A stretch of 64,000 bases of DNA from an uncultured Candidatus Saccharibacteria bacterium (GCA_964597895.1 CAZQZS010000001.1:9238-73237); one strand, 5' to 3'; counted from the stretch's first letter, positions 36,158 through 46,748 are shown. The notes: generated from the sequence alone by a model not told the origin. Program-made: numbers and translations.

Positions 36158-36454
36158 ATGGCCCAAAATAAAGCCCCTGGACAGCCAGTTCAGATTAAAG
36201 CCAGCGATGAAAAATTAGCTGGTAAGTATGCTAACATGATGCAAGTGTCACATACTCGCGAAGAGTTCGTTTTGGATTTTGTGAATTTAATTCCGCCTTC
36301 TGGACAATTGGTGTCCCGGGTGTTAATTAGTCCGGCTCATGCCAAGCGCATTGTGGCTGCTCTAACTGACAACATTAAGAAGTATGAAACTCAGTTTCAA
36401 AAGATTGCTGAAGAAGGAGCCGATAAGCCAAATTTTGGTTTCAAAACCGAATAA
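36158..36454 (+). CDS. DUF3467-family protein (98 aa)
   Basis: ...YANMMQVSHTREEFVLDFVNLIPPSGQLVSRVLISPAHAKRIVAALTDNIKKYETQF matches the conserved DUF3467 pattern. Confidence 0.7.
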   Translation: MAQNKAPGQPVQIKASDEKLAGKYANMMQVSHTREEFVLDFVNLIPPSGQLVSRVLISPAHAKRIVAALTDNIKKYETQFQKIAEEGADKPNFGFKTE

Positions 36455-36458
36455 TCAA

Positions 36459-36481
36459 ACAGCCCTGAATTTCAGGGCTGT
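36459..36481 (+). terminator. hairpin CAGCCCTG-aattt-CAGGGCTG (no U-tract)
   Basis: Perfect 8-bp stem after the DUF3467 gene stop. Confidence 0.4.
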
Positions 36482-36674
36482 AGCTAAAACAAAACGGAAG
36501 CAAGGTAGCTGAACTGTTGTCGAAACAAGTGGGGCAGGCATCTTTAGGTAAGCTAAATGGGGTTTATGTGTGTCTGTGCGGGGCTAGCTAGCTTCCATCC
36601 CTCTTACTAATTTCTATAATTATAGTTTAGCATTCAATAGATCATTTTCAAGAAGGATCAGTGGAAAACTTTAC

Positions 36675-37826
36675 ATGACAGGCAATTATTACGACATTTT
36701 AGGTGTTAGCAAGACAGCCAGCGCTGATGAAATCAAAAAGGCATACCGGAAGTTAGCTCATAAATACCATCCGGACAAAGGTGAGGGTAATGACGCAAAG
36801 TTTAAGGAAGTCAATGAAGCCTATCAGGTTTTATCGAACGCCGAAAAGCGTGGTCAATACGATCAGTATGGTCAAACTTTTGAGCAGGCCCAGCGCAATG
36901 GTCAAGGTTTTGGTGGCGCCGGCGGTCCTTTTGGAGCCGGTGGTTTTGATTTTTCTGGTTTTGGCGGCCAAGGAGGAGTAGAGTTTGATTTGGGCGATAT
37001 CTTTGGCGATATCTTTGGTTCGCAGCGCAGCCGGCAAGCGCGCCGAGAGCGCGGCATTGATTTAGAAATGCCGTTAACAATTTCATTTGAAGAAGCCGTG
37101 TTCGGAGTGGAAAAGAGTATTACTTTGGAAAAGAAGGATGCTTGTCCAACTTGCGAGGGCAGCGGTGCCAAGGCGGGAACAAAGGTGATTACCTGTCCGG
37201 TTTGTCATGGCCAAGGGCAGATTCGCACCCAGCGCCGGACTATTTTGGGCAACATTGCTACCTCCACGACTTGTGATCGCTGTGATGGTTCTGGGAAGAT
37301 TCCCGAAGTGCCGTGCGAGAAGTGCAGCGGTGCTGGCATATTGCGTCAGGAGAAAACTATTGAGGTAAAGATCCCTGCCGGCATAGATAATGGCCAGCGC
37401 GTGGCAATTCGCGGAGAAGGGGAAGTTGGTTACCGCGGTTCCAAATCAGGGGATCTGTATTTGGCTATTAAGGTTAAGCCGCACAAGGACTTTCAAAGAC
37501 AAGGTTTTAATTTGCTCAAAGATTTGCCTCTGAGCTTTACGCAGGCAGCGCTTGGGGCAAAGATTAATGTAGACACCTTAGACGGCAAGATAGAACTGAA
37601 AATTCCGGCTGGTACCCAGCCTGGCAAAGTATTCCGGGTGGCTGGCAAAGGTGTGCCAGTAATCAATTCAGCCAAACGCGGAGACTTGTACATTACCGCC
37701 CGCGTTGTTGTGCCAAACAAGCTCACAAAAGAAGAAACTGAGCTTATTAAAAAGCTCGCTGAATTAAGCGGCGAGAGCGTAGAGGTTAATAAAAGTTTTT
37801 GGGACAATATTAAAGATAGTTTTTAA
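36675..37826 (+). CDS. dnaJ: molecular chaperone DnaJ
   Basis: J-domain with HPD (KYHPDKG), a G/F-rich region, four CxxCxGxG zinc-finger repeats, and a C-terminal substrate-binding domain. Confidence 0.92.
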   Translation: MTGNYYDILGVSKTASADEIKKAYRKLAHKYHPDKGEGNDAKFKEVNEAYQVLSNAEKRGQYDQYGQTFEQAQRNGQGFGGAGGPFGAGGFDFSGFGGQGGVEFDLGDIFGDIFGSQRSRQARRERGIDLEMPLTISFEEAVFGVEKSITLEKKDACPTCEGSGAKAGTKVITCPVCHGQGQIRTQRRTILGNIATSTTCDRCDGSGKIPEVPCEKCSGAGILRQEKTIEVKIPAGIDNGQRVAIRGEGEVGYRGSKSGDLYLAIKVKPHKDFQRQGFNLLKDLPLSFTQAALGAKINVDTLDGKIELKIPAGTQPGKVFRVAGKGVPVINSAKRGDLYITARVVVPNKLTKEETELIKKLAELSGESVEVNKSFWDNIKDSF

Positions 37827-37828
37827 GT

Positions 37829-37855
37829 TAAACCCCGCCTCAAGCGGGGTTTATG
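37829..37855. terminator. terminator AACCCCGC-ctcaa-GCGGGGTT
   Basis: 8-bp GC stem immediately after the dnaJ stop. Confidence 0.6.
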
Positions 37856-37888
37856 GTATAATAGATAAAACTTCAATTAGAAACAAAC

Positions 37889-38437
37889 GTGGAATTTTTT
37901 AGCAATCTTAGTGGTTTAGCGCAGTCCTTCAACTGGCATTCGCCGTCGTGGGATTTGTTTATTTTGCTATTTTGGGTGGTAGCTAGTGCGATTTACGCGT
38001 TCAGCGCCGGCAGTGGCCGGATTTTAACTATCCTGGTGAGCGTTTATATGGCTCAGCTGTTGGTGATAGAAATGCCGTTTTTGGCCGAAGCAGTATCTGA
38101 TCGTGCCAATATCGCTACCGGAACCCTACAGCAGCTTGCGGCGTTTGGCGTCTTGTTCATTTTGCTGTTTATATTTTTGAGCCGCTACGCATTTAAGACT
38201 TCCATTGATGGCCGAAGATTTACTGCCATTGGTTTTGGTTTAGTGTTTGCTTTTTTGCAAATCGGGTTGCTGATCAATATTATTATTGGTTATCTTCCGC
38301 AAGATATTCAAGACAATTTTTCACCTTTGATTAGCATGCTGTTCCTGCATCCGAATAGTAATTTTGTGTGGCTGATTTTGCCAGTAGTATTTTTGATTCT
38401 GCTCGGCAGGTTTATTTCTGAGCGCAGCGAGATGTAG
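37889..38437 (+). CDS. membrane protein, possibly CvpA family (GTG start)
   Basis: Four predicted TM helices in a CvpA-like arrangement. GTG at 37889 per the ORF track. Weak assignment. Confidence 0.4.
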   Translation: MEFFSNLSGLAQSFNWHSPSWDLFILLFWVVASAIYAFSAGSGRILTILVSVYMAQLLVIEMPFLAEAVSDRANIATGTLQQLAAFGVLFILLFIFLSRYAFKTSIDGRRFTAIGFGLVFAFLQIGLLINIIIGYLPQDIQDNFSPLISMLFLHPNSNFVWLILPVVFLILLGRFISERSEM

Positions 38438-39298
38438 CTAGTTTTCCCAACGGGCAAAGATGCCGGTTGATATCATTCGACCGGTTTTTTGTTTGAGCGT
38501 TAATTCGCCAGCAGAAATTTTTCCGCTTCGCTCAGACATAACATCTTCCACAATGTTTTGCAGGGCCAAAGCTGATGAGTTAGTTGCATAACCATTGATA
38601 AGTAAAAATTTGGCGTTAGGAGAGAGAATCTGCTCGCAAGATTCTAAAAGTTTGGGTACATCGCGGTTAAACTTCCAAGTTTTGCCAGTAGGCGAATGAC
38701 CGAAGGCAGGCGGGTCCATAATAATGCCATCGTAAGTTTGGCCTCGTTTAAGCTCGCGCTGTACAAACTTTAGCGCATCGTCCAAAATCCAGCGGATGCT
38801 TTCTTCTGGCAACTTGTTAAGCATTTGATTCTCTTTTGCCCAGGCAATTGCCGGCTTACTAGCGTCAACGTGAGTGACTAAATGTCCCATGCGCGTGAGC
38901 ACCATGGTTGCTGCACCAGTGTAAGCAAACAAATTTAAAATTCGCAGCTGAGGTTGGTTTTTGGTCAAATCCATCATCCATTCCCAGTTAGCAGCTTGCT
39001 CTGCAAAAATCCCAGTGTGCTTAAAAGGCGTTAGCTTTGCCAAAAATTTTATGTCAGGACGAAAATAAACTTCCCACTGTTCTTGCAGACCTGGTTTTTT
39101 ATTCCAGCGCCCGCGTTCTCCTGAGGATAGGAATTCAGCATCCACATTGTCCCACTCAGCTTGGGAAAGCGACGGTTGCCAAATGATTTGCGGGTCAGGC
39201 CGCTTTAAGCGAATGTTGCCCCAGCGTTCTAGCCGAAAACCATGACCAGTGTCTAGCAGTTCAAAGTCTAAAAATTCGTTAAATGTTTCCATTGTCAT
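38438..39298 (-). CDS. class I SAM-dependent RNA methyltransferase (RlmI/YccW/YwbD-like catalytic domain)
   Basis: LFAYTGAAT (motif I-like) and IIMDPPAFGHSP (motif IV DPPxF) are typical of m5C rRNA MTases of the RlmI family. Confidence 0.6.
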   Translation of the reverse strand: MTMETFNEFLDFELLDTGHGFRLERWGNIRLKRPDPQIIWQPSLSQAEWDNVDAEFLSSGERGRWNKKPGLQEQWEVYFRPDIKFLAKLTPFKHTGIFAEQAANWEWMMDLTKNQPQLRILNLFAYTGAATMVLTRMGHLVTHVDASKPAIAWAKENQMLNKLPEESIRWILDDALKFVQRELKRGQTYDGIIMDPPAFGHSPTGKTWKFNRDVPKLLESCEQILSPNAKFLLINGYATNSSALALQNIVEDVMSERSGKISAGELTLKQKTGRMISTGIFARWEN

Positions 39299-39310
39299 GA
39301 GATAATCTTA

Positions 39311-39339
39311 ACATAAAAACCGCCAAATGGCGGTTCTTT
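39311..39339 (-). terminator. terminator AACCGCC-attt-GGCGGTT + TTTATGTT (minus strand) following tRNA-Lys
   Basis: Hairpin plus U-run read on the minus strand directly 3' of the tRNA. Confidence 0.55.
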
Positions 39340-39415
39340 TGGTGGGTCCGGTGGGGCTCGAACCCACGACAAATGGCTTAAAAGGCCACTGCTCTACCAG
39401 CTGAGCTACGGACCC
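39340..39415 (-). tRNA. tRNA-Lys(TTT): tRNA-Lys (anticodon TTT)
   Basis: Reverse complement GGGTCCGTAGCTCAGCTGGTAGAGCAGTGGC-CTTTTAA-GCCATTTGTCGTGGGTTCGAGCCCCACCGGACCCACCA. Anticodon loop CTTTTAA; encoded CCA. Confidence 0.88.
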
Positions 39416-39504
39416 GAGTTTAGTTATAAATACTAACAAATTTTACAACATTTCTGGGTTTTATTCAAGCCTTGGGATGCTATAATTTAACCAAAGCTGA
39501 AGTC

Positions 39505-40731
39505 ATGATACAAAAACAAATTGTTATATTGGGAGCAGGGTTTGGCGGAATTGCCGCGGCAAAACACTTGTCTGGGCTAAATCCGAAGCTGCAAGTTACA
39601 ATCATTGATCAATATCCGCACCACACTATCCATGGACAGCTTTACGAAGTTGCCACCAGTCCTGATGAGATGGTTGATTTAACCGAGCTGAAGCGCAGCG
39701 TGGAGCTTCCGCTTAAAAACATTTTTTCTGGTGATAAAGTGAAAGTTTTGATTGGCAAGGTTGAGCAAGTGGACTTAGTCGCTCAGACTTTATTGGCGGG
39801 CGGTAAAACAATTCGTTATGATTTTTTAATCTCTGCCTTAGGGGCTGGACCGAATTTTTTTTCTATTCCTGGCGCAAAAGAATATTCTCTACCGTTTGGA
39901 TCAAGCTATGATGCATTGCGAATTCGTTCGGCGGTAGAGAGCAGCGTGGCTTTGGCAAAAAATAGCCTCAAACACGATAATGTCAAAGTGCTCATAGCTG
40001 GCGGGGGAGTTGGCGGAGTTGAGATTGCAGCAGAACTTCATGGCATGTTGGATTATTTGTCATGGCGGGAAAATTACCCGCGTCATAAAATGCAGGTGAC
40101 TATTGTAGAACGCAATGACAAAATTTTGGCGATGTTTCCCGAACCGGTAATAAATAAAGCGACGCAAAGACTTGCTGAGCTAGGAGTAGAGCTACAGCTA
40201 GCAACAGCCATTCAAAGCATTAATCAACATACAGTTCTTACGGATAAAGGTGAGTTGGCTTATGATGTGTTAGTTTGGTCGGCAGGTGTGCGAGCCAATC
40301 TTTTGCCGACTAAGCAAGAGCTGCCTCTCAAAAAAGGCGATCGGATTGAGGTTGATGAGCATTTCCGGCTTAAGCAGTTTCCTAACGTATTTATTTTAGG
40401 CGATCAATGTTGCCGTTTGGATAGCAGTGGTAATCCGTTGCCAGGAACCGCTTCACAAGCTATAGATCAGGCGGAATTCGTAGCCAAAGCTGTAGCGGCT
40501 CAGTCTCAGAATCAACAGGTGCCGAATTATGCTTGCAAATCATTTCCATACTTAATTCCGCTTGGTCCAAAGTGGGCAATATTCAGCAGCAGCCACCGCA
40601 TCATTACCGGCTACCTCGGCTATTTAATTAGACAACTGGTTTGGTTAAGGTATTATGCTTCTGTGATTGGTTGGCGGGCTGGAATTCACCAGCTTTGGCG
40701 CACCGAGGAAATATATGGAAGGAATGATTAA
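39505..40731 (+). CDS. type II NADH dehydrogenase (NDH-2) / FAD-dependent pyridine nucleotide-disulfide oxidoreductase
   Basis: Two Rossmann GxGxxG motifs (IVILGAGFGGIAAA and LIAGGGVGGVEIAAE). ATG at 39505. Confidence 0.7.
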   Translation: MIQKQIVILGAGFGGIAAAKHLSGLNPKLQVTIIDQYPHHTIHGQLYEVATSPDEMVDLTELKRSVELPLKNIFSGDKVKVLIGKVEQVDLVAQTLLAGGKTIRYDFLISALGAGPNFFSIPGAKEYSLPFGSSYDALRIRSAVESSVALAKNSLKHDNVKVLIAGGGVGGVEIAAELHGMLDYLSWRENYPRHKMQVTIVERNDKILAMFPEPVINKATQRLAELGVELQLATAIQSINQHTVLTDKGELAYDVLVWSAGVRANLLPTKQELPLKKGDRIEVDEHFRLKQFPNVFILGDQCCRLDSSGNPLPGTASQAIDQAEFVAKAVAAQSQNQQVPNYACKSFPYLIPLGPKWAIFSSSHRIITGYLGYLIRQLVWLRYYASVIGWRAGIHQLWRTEEIYGRND

Positions 40732-41402
40732 TGTCTAGCTATTATCGTTTAATCAAACAACTTCGCTATGGATCGCAGTTTGCGATTTTGCTGGCGGTAT
40801 TTGTATTCTCTTTGGCAGCTTACTCCTATTTTGTGGGCACGCCTTATTTTGACGTTTTTGAGCAATGGGCTCAGCAAAATTACTGGAACTTAGTAATCTT
40901 TTTAGTGGTGCTCAAAATTATAGGGATTATCTGGCCGCCGTTGCCTGGAGTAGTTCCTCTGATCGGTGCTATCCCAGTGATTGGCTGGTTTCCAGCCTTT
41001 TTGATTGATACCATTGGTTATATGATTGGTTCGGTCATCGCATATTATTTGGCGAATCATTATGGCACTGATGTAATTAGAAAATTATTCGGACAGGCTG
41101 GGGTGGCAGAGGTGGAGAAGTTTAAAATCAGGCCGGAGCGTGAATTAGAGGCTATTGTGTTAATGAAGATTTTTGGCGGCGGTATCGGCGAGTTTATCAG
41201 TTATGCGGCAGGGCTAACCAAAGTGAAGCTAAAGAATTTTATTCTTGGTAGTATCATTGCCAGCGTGGTTGTAGGCATCCCGTTGTTTTACTATTTTAAT
41301 TTTGCCTTATCGCAAAATAATTTATTGTTTTCGTTAGTTCCTTTAGGGGTGGGCGTTTTGTTATTTTACATTATGCGCCGCCGTTACTTTGATTGGCAAT
41401 AA
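40731..41402 (+). CDS. DedA/TVP38-TMEM64 (VTT-domain) family membrane protein
   Basis: PPLPGVVPLIGAIPVIGWFPAFLIDTIGYMIGSVIAYYLANHYG is typical of the VTT re-entrant loop region. Start overlaps the ndh stop (TAATG). Confidence 0.55.
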   Translation: MSSYYRLIKQLRYGSQFAILLAVFVFSLAAYSYFVGTPYFDVFEQWAQQNYWNLVIFLVVLKIIGIIWPPLPGVVPLIGAIPVIGWFPAFLIDTIGYMIGSVIAYYLANHYGTDVIRKLFGQAGVAEVEKFKIRPERELEAIVLMKIFGGGIGEFISYAAGLTKVKLKNFILGSIIASVVVGIPLFYYFNFALSQNNLLFSLVPLGVGVLLFYIMRRRYFDWQ

Positions 41403-41438
41403 AAAACCGCACTTCGATTAACTCAGTGCGGTTTTTTC
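41401..41438. terminator. bidirectional terminator A6CCGCACT-tcgattaactc-AGTGCGGT6
   Basis: Shared by the VTT gene and convergent topA; the topA stop lies in the loop. Confidence 0.7.
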
Positions 41439-43736
41439 TTCATCGGTTTGAGATTTTCTTGTTGCCTTCTTGGCAACTTTTTTCTTTGCTGTTTTGCGTG
41501 CTGGTTTCTTGTCACCCTTCGGAGTTGGGGGATTGTCTTTCCAATTCTGGAATAATTCCATGAGTTCCGCTTCTGATTCAGGCTTCTTGTTCATGATCAA
41601 AGTGCAGTCTGGCCAGCGGGTGCAAGCGTAGAATGGTTTGCCGCGACCGCGGCCTTTCTTTTCCACAATATCGCCAGGCTTGTCTTTGCGGTCCTCTGTT
41701 TCCAGACATAGCGGACACTTAAAGCCAGTTTTATTCCAGATTTTAGAAATGCCTTTGCAGTTCGGATAATCACTGCACCCAAGGAAGAATCCAAACCGGC
41801 CGCGTTTTACGTTCATTGGCTTGCCGCAAATCGGACATTTTTCGTCTTTGGTCTTTTCTTCTAGGGCCTTAATCTGCGCGGCTTCTTCTGGCATTGGCAG
41901 AGTTACTTTACTGCCTTCTTCCGGACAGGCCAAGAATTTACCCATGCGTCCATACTTGATAAGCATTGGTTTGCTGCAGTGCGGGCATGGTGTTGTAGAA
42001 ACTTCTACCTGCTTTTCTACTTCTTTTTCTTTTTCTATAAGGTGCTTTTTGAAAGGAGTATAGAAGTGTTCAATGACAGGAACCCATTTGAGCTTGCCTT
42101 CAGCGATGTCATCAAGCTCGCCTTCGATTTGGGAAGTAAAGTTAATATCTACGATTTCTGGGAAATGCTCTACCAGCATGTCGGTGACAAGATTGCCTTC
42201 ATCTGTTGGGGCATACTTCTTGTCTTCTTTGGTGACATAACCTCGTTCTTGAATCGTAGTCAGAGTTGGCGCATAAGTTGAAGGACGTCCAATACCATGC
42301 GCTTCTAACGCTTTTACTAGTGTCGCATCTGTGTAGCGTGGAGGCGGTTCGGTAAAGTGTTGAATTGGGGACAGCTCATGAAGTTTTAGGGTTTCGCCGA
42401 CTTTCAGCTCTGGCAAAGCGCCTTCTACTTCGTCTTCACTCTTTTCGTCTGTGCCTTCGGTGTAAGCTCGGACAAATCCATCAAATTTAATCACTTGGCC
42501 ATTAGCACGGAAGGTGTAATCTTTAGCAGTGATATCAACCGCGGTCTGGTCAAAGATGGCTTGCTGCATTTGGGAGGCGATAGTGCGTTTCCAGATTAAA
42601 TCATAAAGCCGTCCGGCATTGCGATCTAGCTTCAACTTCATGTCTTGAGGTAGTGCAGCAAGATTGGTTGGGCGAATCGCTTCGTGTGCTTCCTGTGCAC
42701 CTTTGCTCTTGTTAGAAAAATGACGCGCTTCTTTGAGGCCATAGTTTTTGCCGAACTCCTGTTCAATTACTTGCTGCGCTTGAGCTAAGGCAGATTGCGC
42801 TAAATTCAAGCTGTCGGTTCTCATGTAGGTAATGTGACCGTGTTCGTACAAACTTTGCGCCACAGCCATGGTTTGCTTGGCACTAAAGCCTAATTTTCTT
42901 GCGGCTTCCTGCTGCAGGGTTGAGGTTGTGAATGGGGGAGAAGGATTACGTTTTACTTCTTTTTTGGTTATCTCAGCAACTTTGTATTCAGCACCATCTA
43001 AATCAGAGGTAATCTGTTTTGCATCAGCTTCATTGTTAATTCCCATCTTGCCAACGGCCTTGTCTTTGATTTTAGTGAGCTTGGAATTAAATTGCAGTTT
43101 ATCCTGAAGTTTGGAAAGCAGGGCTTCAATGCTCCAGTATTCTTCGGCTTTGAAAGCGTTAATTTCGCGCTCGCGCTCTACGATTAAGCGTACTGCTACA
43201 GACTGCACGCGTCCGGCGGACAAGCCGTACCGGATTTTGCGCCACAAGAATGGCGACAGTTCGTAGCCTACTAATCGGTCCAGCACGCGGCGCGCTTGCT
43301 GAGCATCCACTAAATTTAGATCAATGTCGCGTGGGTTCTCTAACGCTTTATCAATAGCAGTCTTCGTGATTTCATGAAAAACGATGCGCTTAATCCGCTT
43401 ATCTTCTTTCCCGTCAACAATTTGTTTTTCGTTGCCCAAGCCTAAAGCTTGCACTAAGTGCCAGGAAATAGCCTCTCCTTCGCGGTCTTCATCAGTCGCC
43501 AGTATAATAGAGGAAGCCGATTTGGCCATCTTTTTGAGTTTGGCGATAACTTCTTTGGCTTTTGGGGGAATGGTGTAGTTTGGCTCAAAGTCGTTCTCAA
43601 CATCAATAGAGAGCTTAGATTTTGGCAGATCTCGGACATGGCCAAAACTGGCTTCTACTTCGTAGCCAGAGCCTAAAAATTTTGAAATTGTTTTCGCCTT
43701 GGTTGGCGACTCTACTATAATTAACTGTTTAGACAT
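41418..43736 (-). CDS. topA: DNA topoisomerase I with C-terminal zinc-ribbon repeats and a Lys-rich tail
   Basis: TOPRIM N-terminus (LIIVESPTKAKTI), the active-site Tyr region, and multiple C4 zinc ribbons (CPHCSKPM..., CPICGKPM..., CPLC...). Confidence 0.92.
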   Translation of the reverse strand: MSKQLIIVESPTKAKTISKFLGSGYEVEASFGHVRDLPKSKLSIDVENDFEPNYTIPPKAKEVIAKLKKMAKSASSIILATDEDREGEAISWHLVQALGLGNEKQIVDGKEDKRIKRIVFHEITKTAIDKALENPRDIDLNLVDAQQARRVLDRLVGYELSPFLWRKIRYGLSAGRVQSVAVRLIVEREREINAFKAEEYWSIEALLSKLQDKLQFNSKLTKIKDKAVGKMGINNEADAKQITSDLDGAEYKVAEITKKEVKRNPSPPFTTSTLQQEAARKLGFSAKQTMAVAQSLYEHGHITYMRTDSLNLAQSALAQAQQVIEQEFGKNYGLKEARHFSNKSKGAQEAHEAIRPTNLAALPQDMKLKLDRNAGRLYDLIWKRTIASQMQQAIFDQTAVDITAKDYTFRANGQVIKFDGFVRAYTEGTDEKSEDEVEGALPELKVGETLKLHELSPIQHFTEPPPRYTDATLVKALEAHGIGRPSTYAPTLTTIQERGYVTKEDKKYAPTDEGNLVTDMLVEHFPEIVDINFTSQIEGELDDIAEGKLKWVPVIEHFYTPFKKHLIEKEKEVEKQVEVSTTPCPHCSKPMLIKYGRMGKFLACPEEGSKVTLPMPEEAAQIKALEEKTKDEKCPICGKPMNVKRGRFGFFLGCSDYPNCKGISKIWNKTGFKCPLCLETEDRKDKPGDIVEKKGRGRGKPFYACTRWPDCTLIMNKKPESEAELMELFQNWKDNPPTPKGDKKPARKTAKKKVAKKATRKSQTDEEKTALS

Positions 43737-43850
43737 AAAAATTTGAATTGATACAAATGGGAGTTTAGCTGAGGCTTGGCTGCTTTGTCAAATTTTAACT
43801 GTGGACAGCACAAGAAATCGTCTTTATAATATACGCAAAAGGAGGTGGGT

Positions 43851-44090
43851 ATGAAGCGGACATCCGATTATCAGTGGGTTTGGAGATTCATTGCCGGCGC
43901 TTTCGTTTTTGGTTTGGCATTGACGCTCCAGTTTTTGGACAGCATGCACGTTGTCTTTCCATCCGTATTTCGATTAGAAGAGTCCATGTTTGACCGGGTA
44001 CTACAAGAGTCGTATTTGTTGATCGGATTGCTTGTGGGGGCAATTTTGATTGATTTGTGTATCGGTCGTTTCAGTCGAACTTCCAGGTAG
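43851..44090 (+). CDS. hypothetical small membrane protein (79 aa)
   Basis: AAAGGAGG RBS before the ATG at 43851. Two TM helices. Confidence 0.45.
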   Translation: MKRTSDYQWVWRFIAGAFVFGLALTLQFLDSMHVVFPSVFRLEESMFDRVLQESYLLIGLLVGAILIDLCIGRFSRTSR

Positions 44091-44091
44091 C

Positions 44092-45315
44092 CTAACGCGG
44101 CGTGATCACATTTGTGATTGCGCCGATTTTATTTAAGATTTTTTGTTTCTCAAGTTCATTTGCCAATCTTGGCTGCCCATAATTTTCTATAATCACTGGG
44201 ATCAGCTCAATTTGTTTAAGAGTAGCTGGCTTTGGCGTGCCTTGCAACTCCGTTGTGCACACAAGATTGATTTGCTCGGTGCGAGACAACGGCGTGGGGG
44301 AGTTGGGATGAAGCCCAGGATGGCACAGTCCCGGCTTGGTTAATTTGATTTTTAACATTAATCCTTCGCGCGTGTCTTGGCTCCACATTTGGTCAAAAAC
44401 AAAATTTCCTAACGAGTAAAAAATTTGCTTGCCTTTATATTCTTCTATGGTTTGAATCCAGTGCGGATGGGAGCCAATCACTAGATCCGCACCATTGTCT
44501 ATGGCGGCTCGGGCAAAATTAGTCTGTTGATAATTTGGCTCGCGAATATATTCTGTTCCGGCATGCATTGTCACCACGATAAAATCGCTACGTTGCTTTA
44601 GAGACTGGATTGATGCTGCGAGCGCTTCTGTGTCTTTGATATTGGCAGTGTTTTGGCTATCCAGCGTTCCATCGGAATCTATCGCGCCATAAGTTGCGCC
44701 GATGAAACCGACGCGAGCTCCTTTGATAGAAAAGACTTGTCCCATCCAGGCTTCGGTTTGGTTTTCACCGGCCCCCACAGCAACAATTCCAACCTCTTGC
44801 AGTGCAGTTTTTGTGTAGCTTAATCCTGCTTTGCCTTGATTCAAAATATGGTTATTGGCCAAGTTTAATACTTTGAAATTATATTGGGCAAGGCCCGGAA
44901 GAGCCCAGGTAGGAGCGTTAAAAATAAAACCGCTCTCAAACAAGTATTGATCAGAACCGCTAAAGGGCGATTCTAAATTGCCAAAATTAAAATCAACATC
45001 CCAGCGCAGCTCGTTTTCTAGCGAACGGAAAGGCCAATAGGCGTCTTTTTGATTAGCATGCATCTTATTGGCAACTTCTCGTGAAAGCATGATATCTCCT
45101 ACGGCATTGAATGTGACTTCTGTGTCAATATTTTCTAGGCTGCCTTGCTGGTCAAGAGTCCATTGGTAGTATTCTTCCAAAGAGCCACTGGAAACCCCGC
45201 CGTAGAGAGGCGATGATGTGGCTGTTGGGTTTAGTATTTGCACAGATAAAATTGCTGCAGCCGATAAGCCGAAGATTGCTACAGCGCCGATAAAAATTTT
45301 GGGATAAAAGTTCAT
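44092..45315 (-). CDS. CapA/PgsA-family metallophosphatase (poly-gamma-glutamate synthesis-type)
   Basis: N-terminal anchor, and the VGDIMLSREV and NLANNH(I)LN metallophosphoesterase motifs of the PGA_cap family. Confidence 0.7.
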   Translation of the reverse strand: MNFYPKIFIGAVAIFGLSAAAILSVQILNPTATSSPLYGGVSSGSLEEYYQWTLDQQGSLENIDTEVTFNAVGDIMLSREVANKMHANQKDAYWPFRSLENELRWDVDFNFGNLESPFSGSDQYLFESGFIFNAPTWALPGLAQYNFKVLNLANNHILNQGKAGLSYTKTALQEVGIVAVGAGENQTEAWMGQVFSIKGARVGFIGATYGAIDSDGTLDSQNTANIKDTEALAASIQSLKQRSDFIVVTMHAGTEYIREPNYQQTNFARAAIDNGADLVIGSHPHWIQTIEEYKGKQIFYSLGNFVFDQMWSQDTREGLMLKIKLTKPGLCHPGLHPNSPTPLSRTEQINLVCTTELQGTPKPATLKQIELIPVIIENYGQPRLANELEKQKILNKIGAITNVITPR

Positions 45316-46430
45316 GAGATAATTTGATAAAACTGGGGGTGGATTTGCGTTATTTTGGCTTTGAGTTCCAAAGTGCTTAAAGCAGATTGAAGTTCAGTGG
45401 TGCTTAGCTGGGTTGCCTCTAGAAGCTGTTCAAAGCTTTGCTGTTCAGTTTGCATATATTTTAACACAGACTGCTCAACGGCACTGAACTCAGCTCTATT
45501 ATTGCTCGGCTTAGGCTCTATGCCGAGCTCCTCTAAAATCACAGAGCTGTCGGTGGTTATGGTCGCGCCATTATAAATTAAAAGGTGGGTGCCGCTGCTT
45601 TGCAAAGAAAATATTGACCCAGGTACTGCCAGAACTTGCCGGTTGTATTCTAATGCCAAATCAGCGGTGATTAATGCGCCGCTCTTCTGTGCTGCTTCGG
45701 CAATTAGTACGACCTTGCTTAAGCCAGCAATGATTCTGTTGCGGGCTACAAAGTGAAATTTTTGCGGCGGCGTTCCTGGCGCGTACTCAGACAGTAGTAA
45801 TCCATTATTTTGTAGGATGTCCTGAGCGAGTCTAAAATTTTCCTTCGGAAAGATATTGTCGTCGTCTATGCCGCTGCCTAGTACAGCAATTGTGCTTAGG
45901 TTATTTTGCAGCGCGGCTTGGTGTGCCTCGGCGTCAATGCCATAGGCTAGTCCCGAGACTATGCAAGGCTCTGCACCAGACAATCCGCCAACTAGTTTTT
46001 GCACGGCCAACTTCCCGTAGCTTGTGGCGCGCCTGCTACCAACAATTGCAAGCGTGGTAGCGACTCTCAGTAGGTTAAGATTGCCGCGGCAATATATTAT
46101 CAACGGGGCATCAGGAATCTGTCTGAGTAGGACAGGGTAGCTATCGGACAAGCAATCAATGGCGGTGACTTGGAACCGTTTTAAAGTTTCCTCAAATTCT
46201 TTAATGGTATGCACTCGGCAGTTGTCAAGGAATTTCTGTGCTTGGCTGCGGTTAAGTCTAAGCTCTGCTGATATTTGCTGCGCACTTACTGCGTTTAAAG
46301 AACCCTCTCGTTCAGACAAAGACATTAAGGAATCTATTGTCGCCCTGCTGGGGTGTCCGATTGATAGAGATAATATATAGAGAAGATAGGTTTGCCTGTT
46401 CATAGCAATATTTTGGCAAACCTTGGTCAA
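45312..46430 (-). CDS. dprA: DNA-processing protein DprA (Smf)
   Basis: Rossmann-like DprA core (IVGSRRATSYG ... SGLAYGIDAEAH ... GALITA) plus a C-terminal winged-helix. The stop overlaps the capA ATG (ATGA). Confidence 0.8.
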   Translation of the reverse strand: MTKVCQNIAMNRQTYLLYILSLSIGHPSRATIDSLMSLSEREGSLNAVSAQQISAELRLNRSQAQKFLDNCRVHTIKEFEETLKRFQVTAIDCLSDSYPVLLRQIPDAPLIIYCRGNLNLLRVATTLAIVGSRRATSYGKLAVQKLVGGLSGAEPCIVSGLAYGIDAEAHQAALQNNLSTIAVLGSGIDDDNIFPKENFRLAQDILQNNGLLLSEYAPGTPPQKFHFVARNRIIAGLSKVVLIAEAAQKSGALITADLALEYNRQVLAVPGSIFSLQSSGTHLLIYNGATITTDSSVILEELGIEPKPSNNRAEFSAVEQSVLKYMQTEQQSFEQLLEATQLSTTELQSALSTLELKAKITQIHPQFYQIIS

Positions 46431-46476
46431 AATAGATTCAATTTTGGGTAATTTTTGCCTTAATTTCCTCTAAATA

Positions 46477-46505
46477 TTGACAAAACCACACTTTTAGGGT
46501 ATACT
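46477..46505 (+). promoter_or_regulatory. sigma70 promoter TTGACA-N17-TATACT (11/12 consensus) facing a 430-bp gene-free interval
   Basis: -35 at 46477-46482, -10 at 46500-46505. No plus-strand CDS follows before the terminator at 46913-46940. Confidence 0.6.
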
Positions 46506-46748
46506 TCCAGCACGAAAAGTTTTGATGATTTGTCTTCAGCACCCTACTTGTAAGTCGCGATAGCGGGGATCATCCCTCCTATTTCTCCGCCAGTAGCGGT
46601 TAAGTAGAGACTTCGCAGCGATTGCTGTGTGCCTCTCACTTGCAGGTGGGGTAGTGAAGATAAAAACTATCAAACCATCTTCTACTGTTTGTTCATGAGG
46701 CTTCGCCGCTTTGCGGCTGCAGATTCATTCTCAAACAGTAGCAGATGG

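Noticed and set aside
36781-37171. Three ORFs (two minus, one plus) inside dnaJ, plus 56849-57406 and 57180-57608 inside ftsZ
   Set aside because: Embedded in strongly supported genes. GC-rich G/F-repeat coding causes long spurious ORFs.
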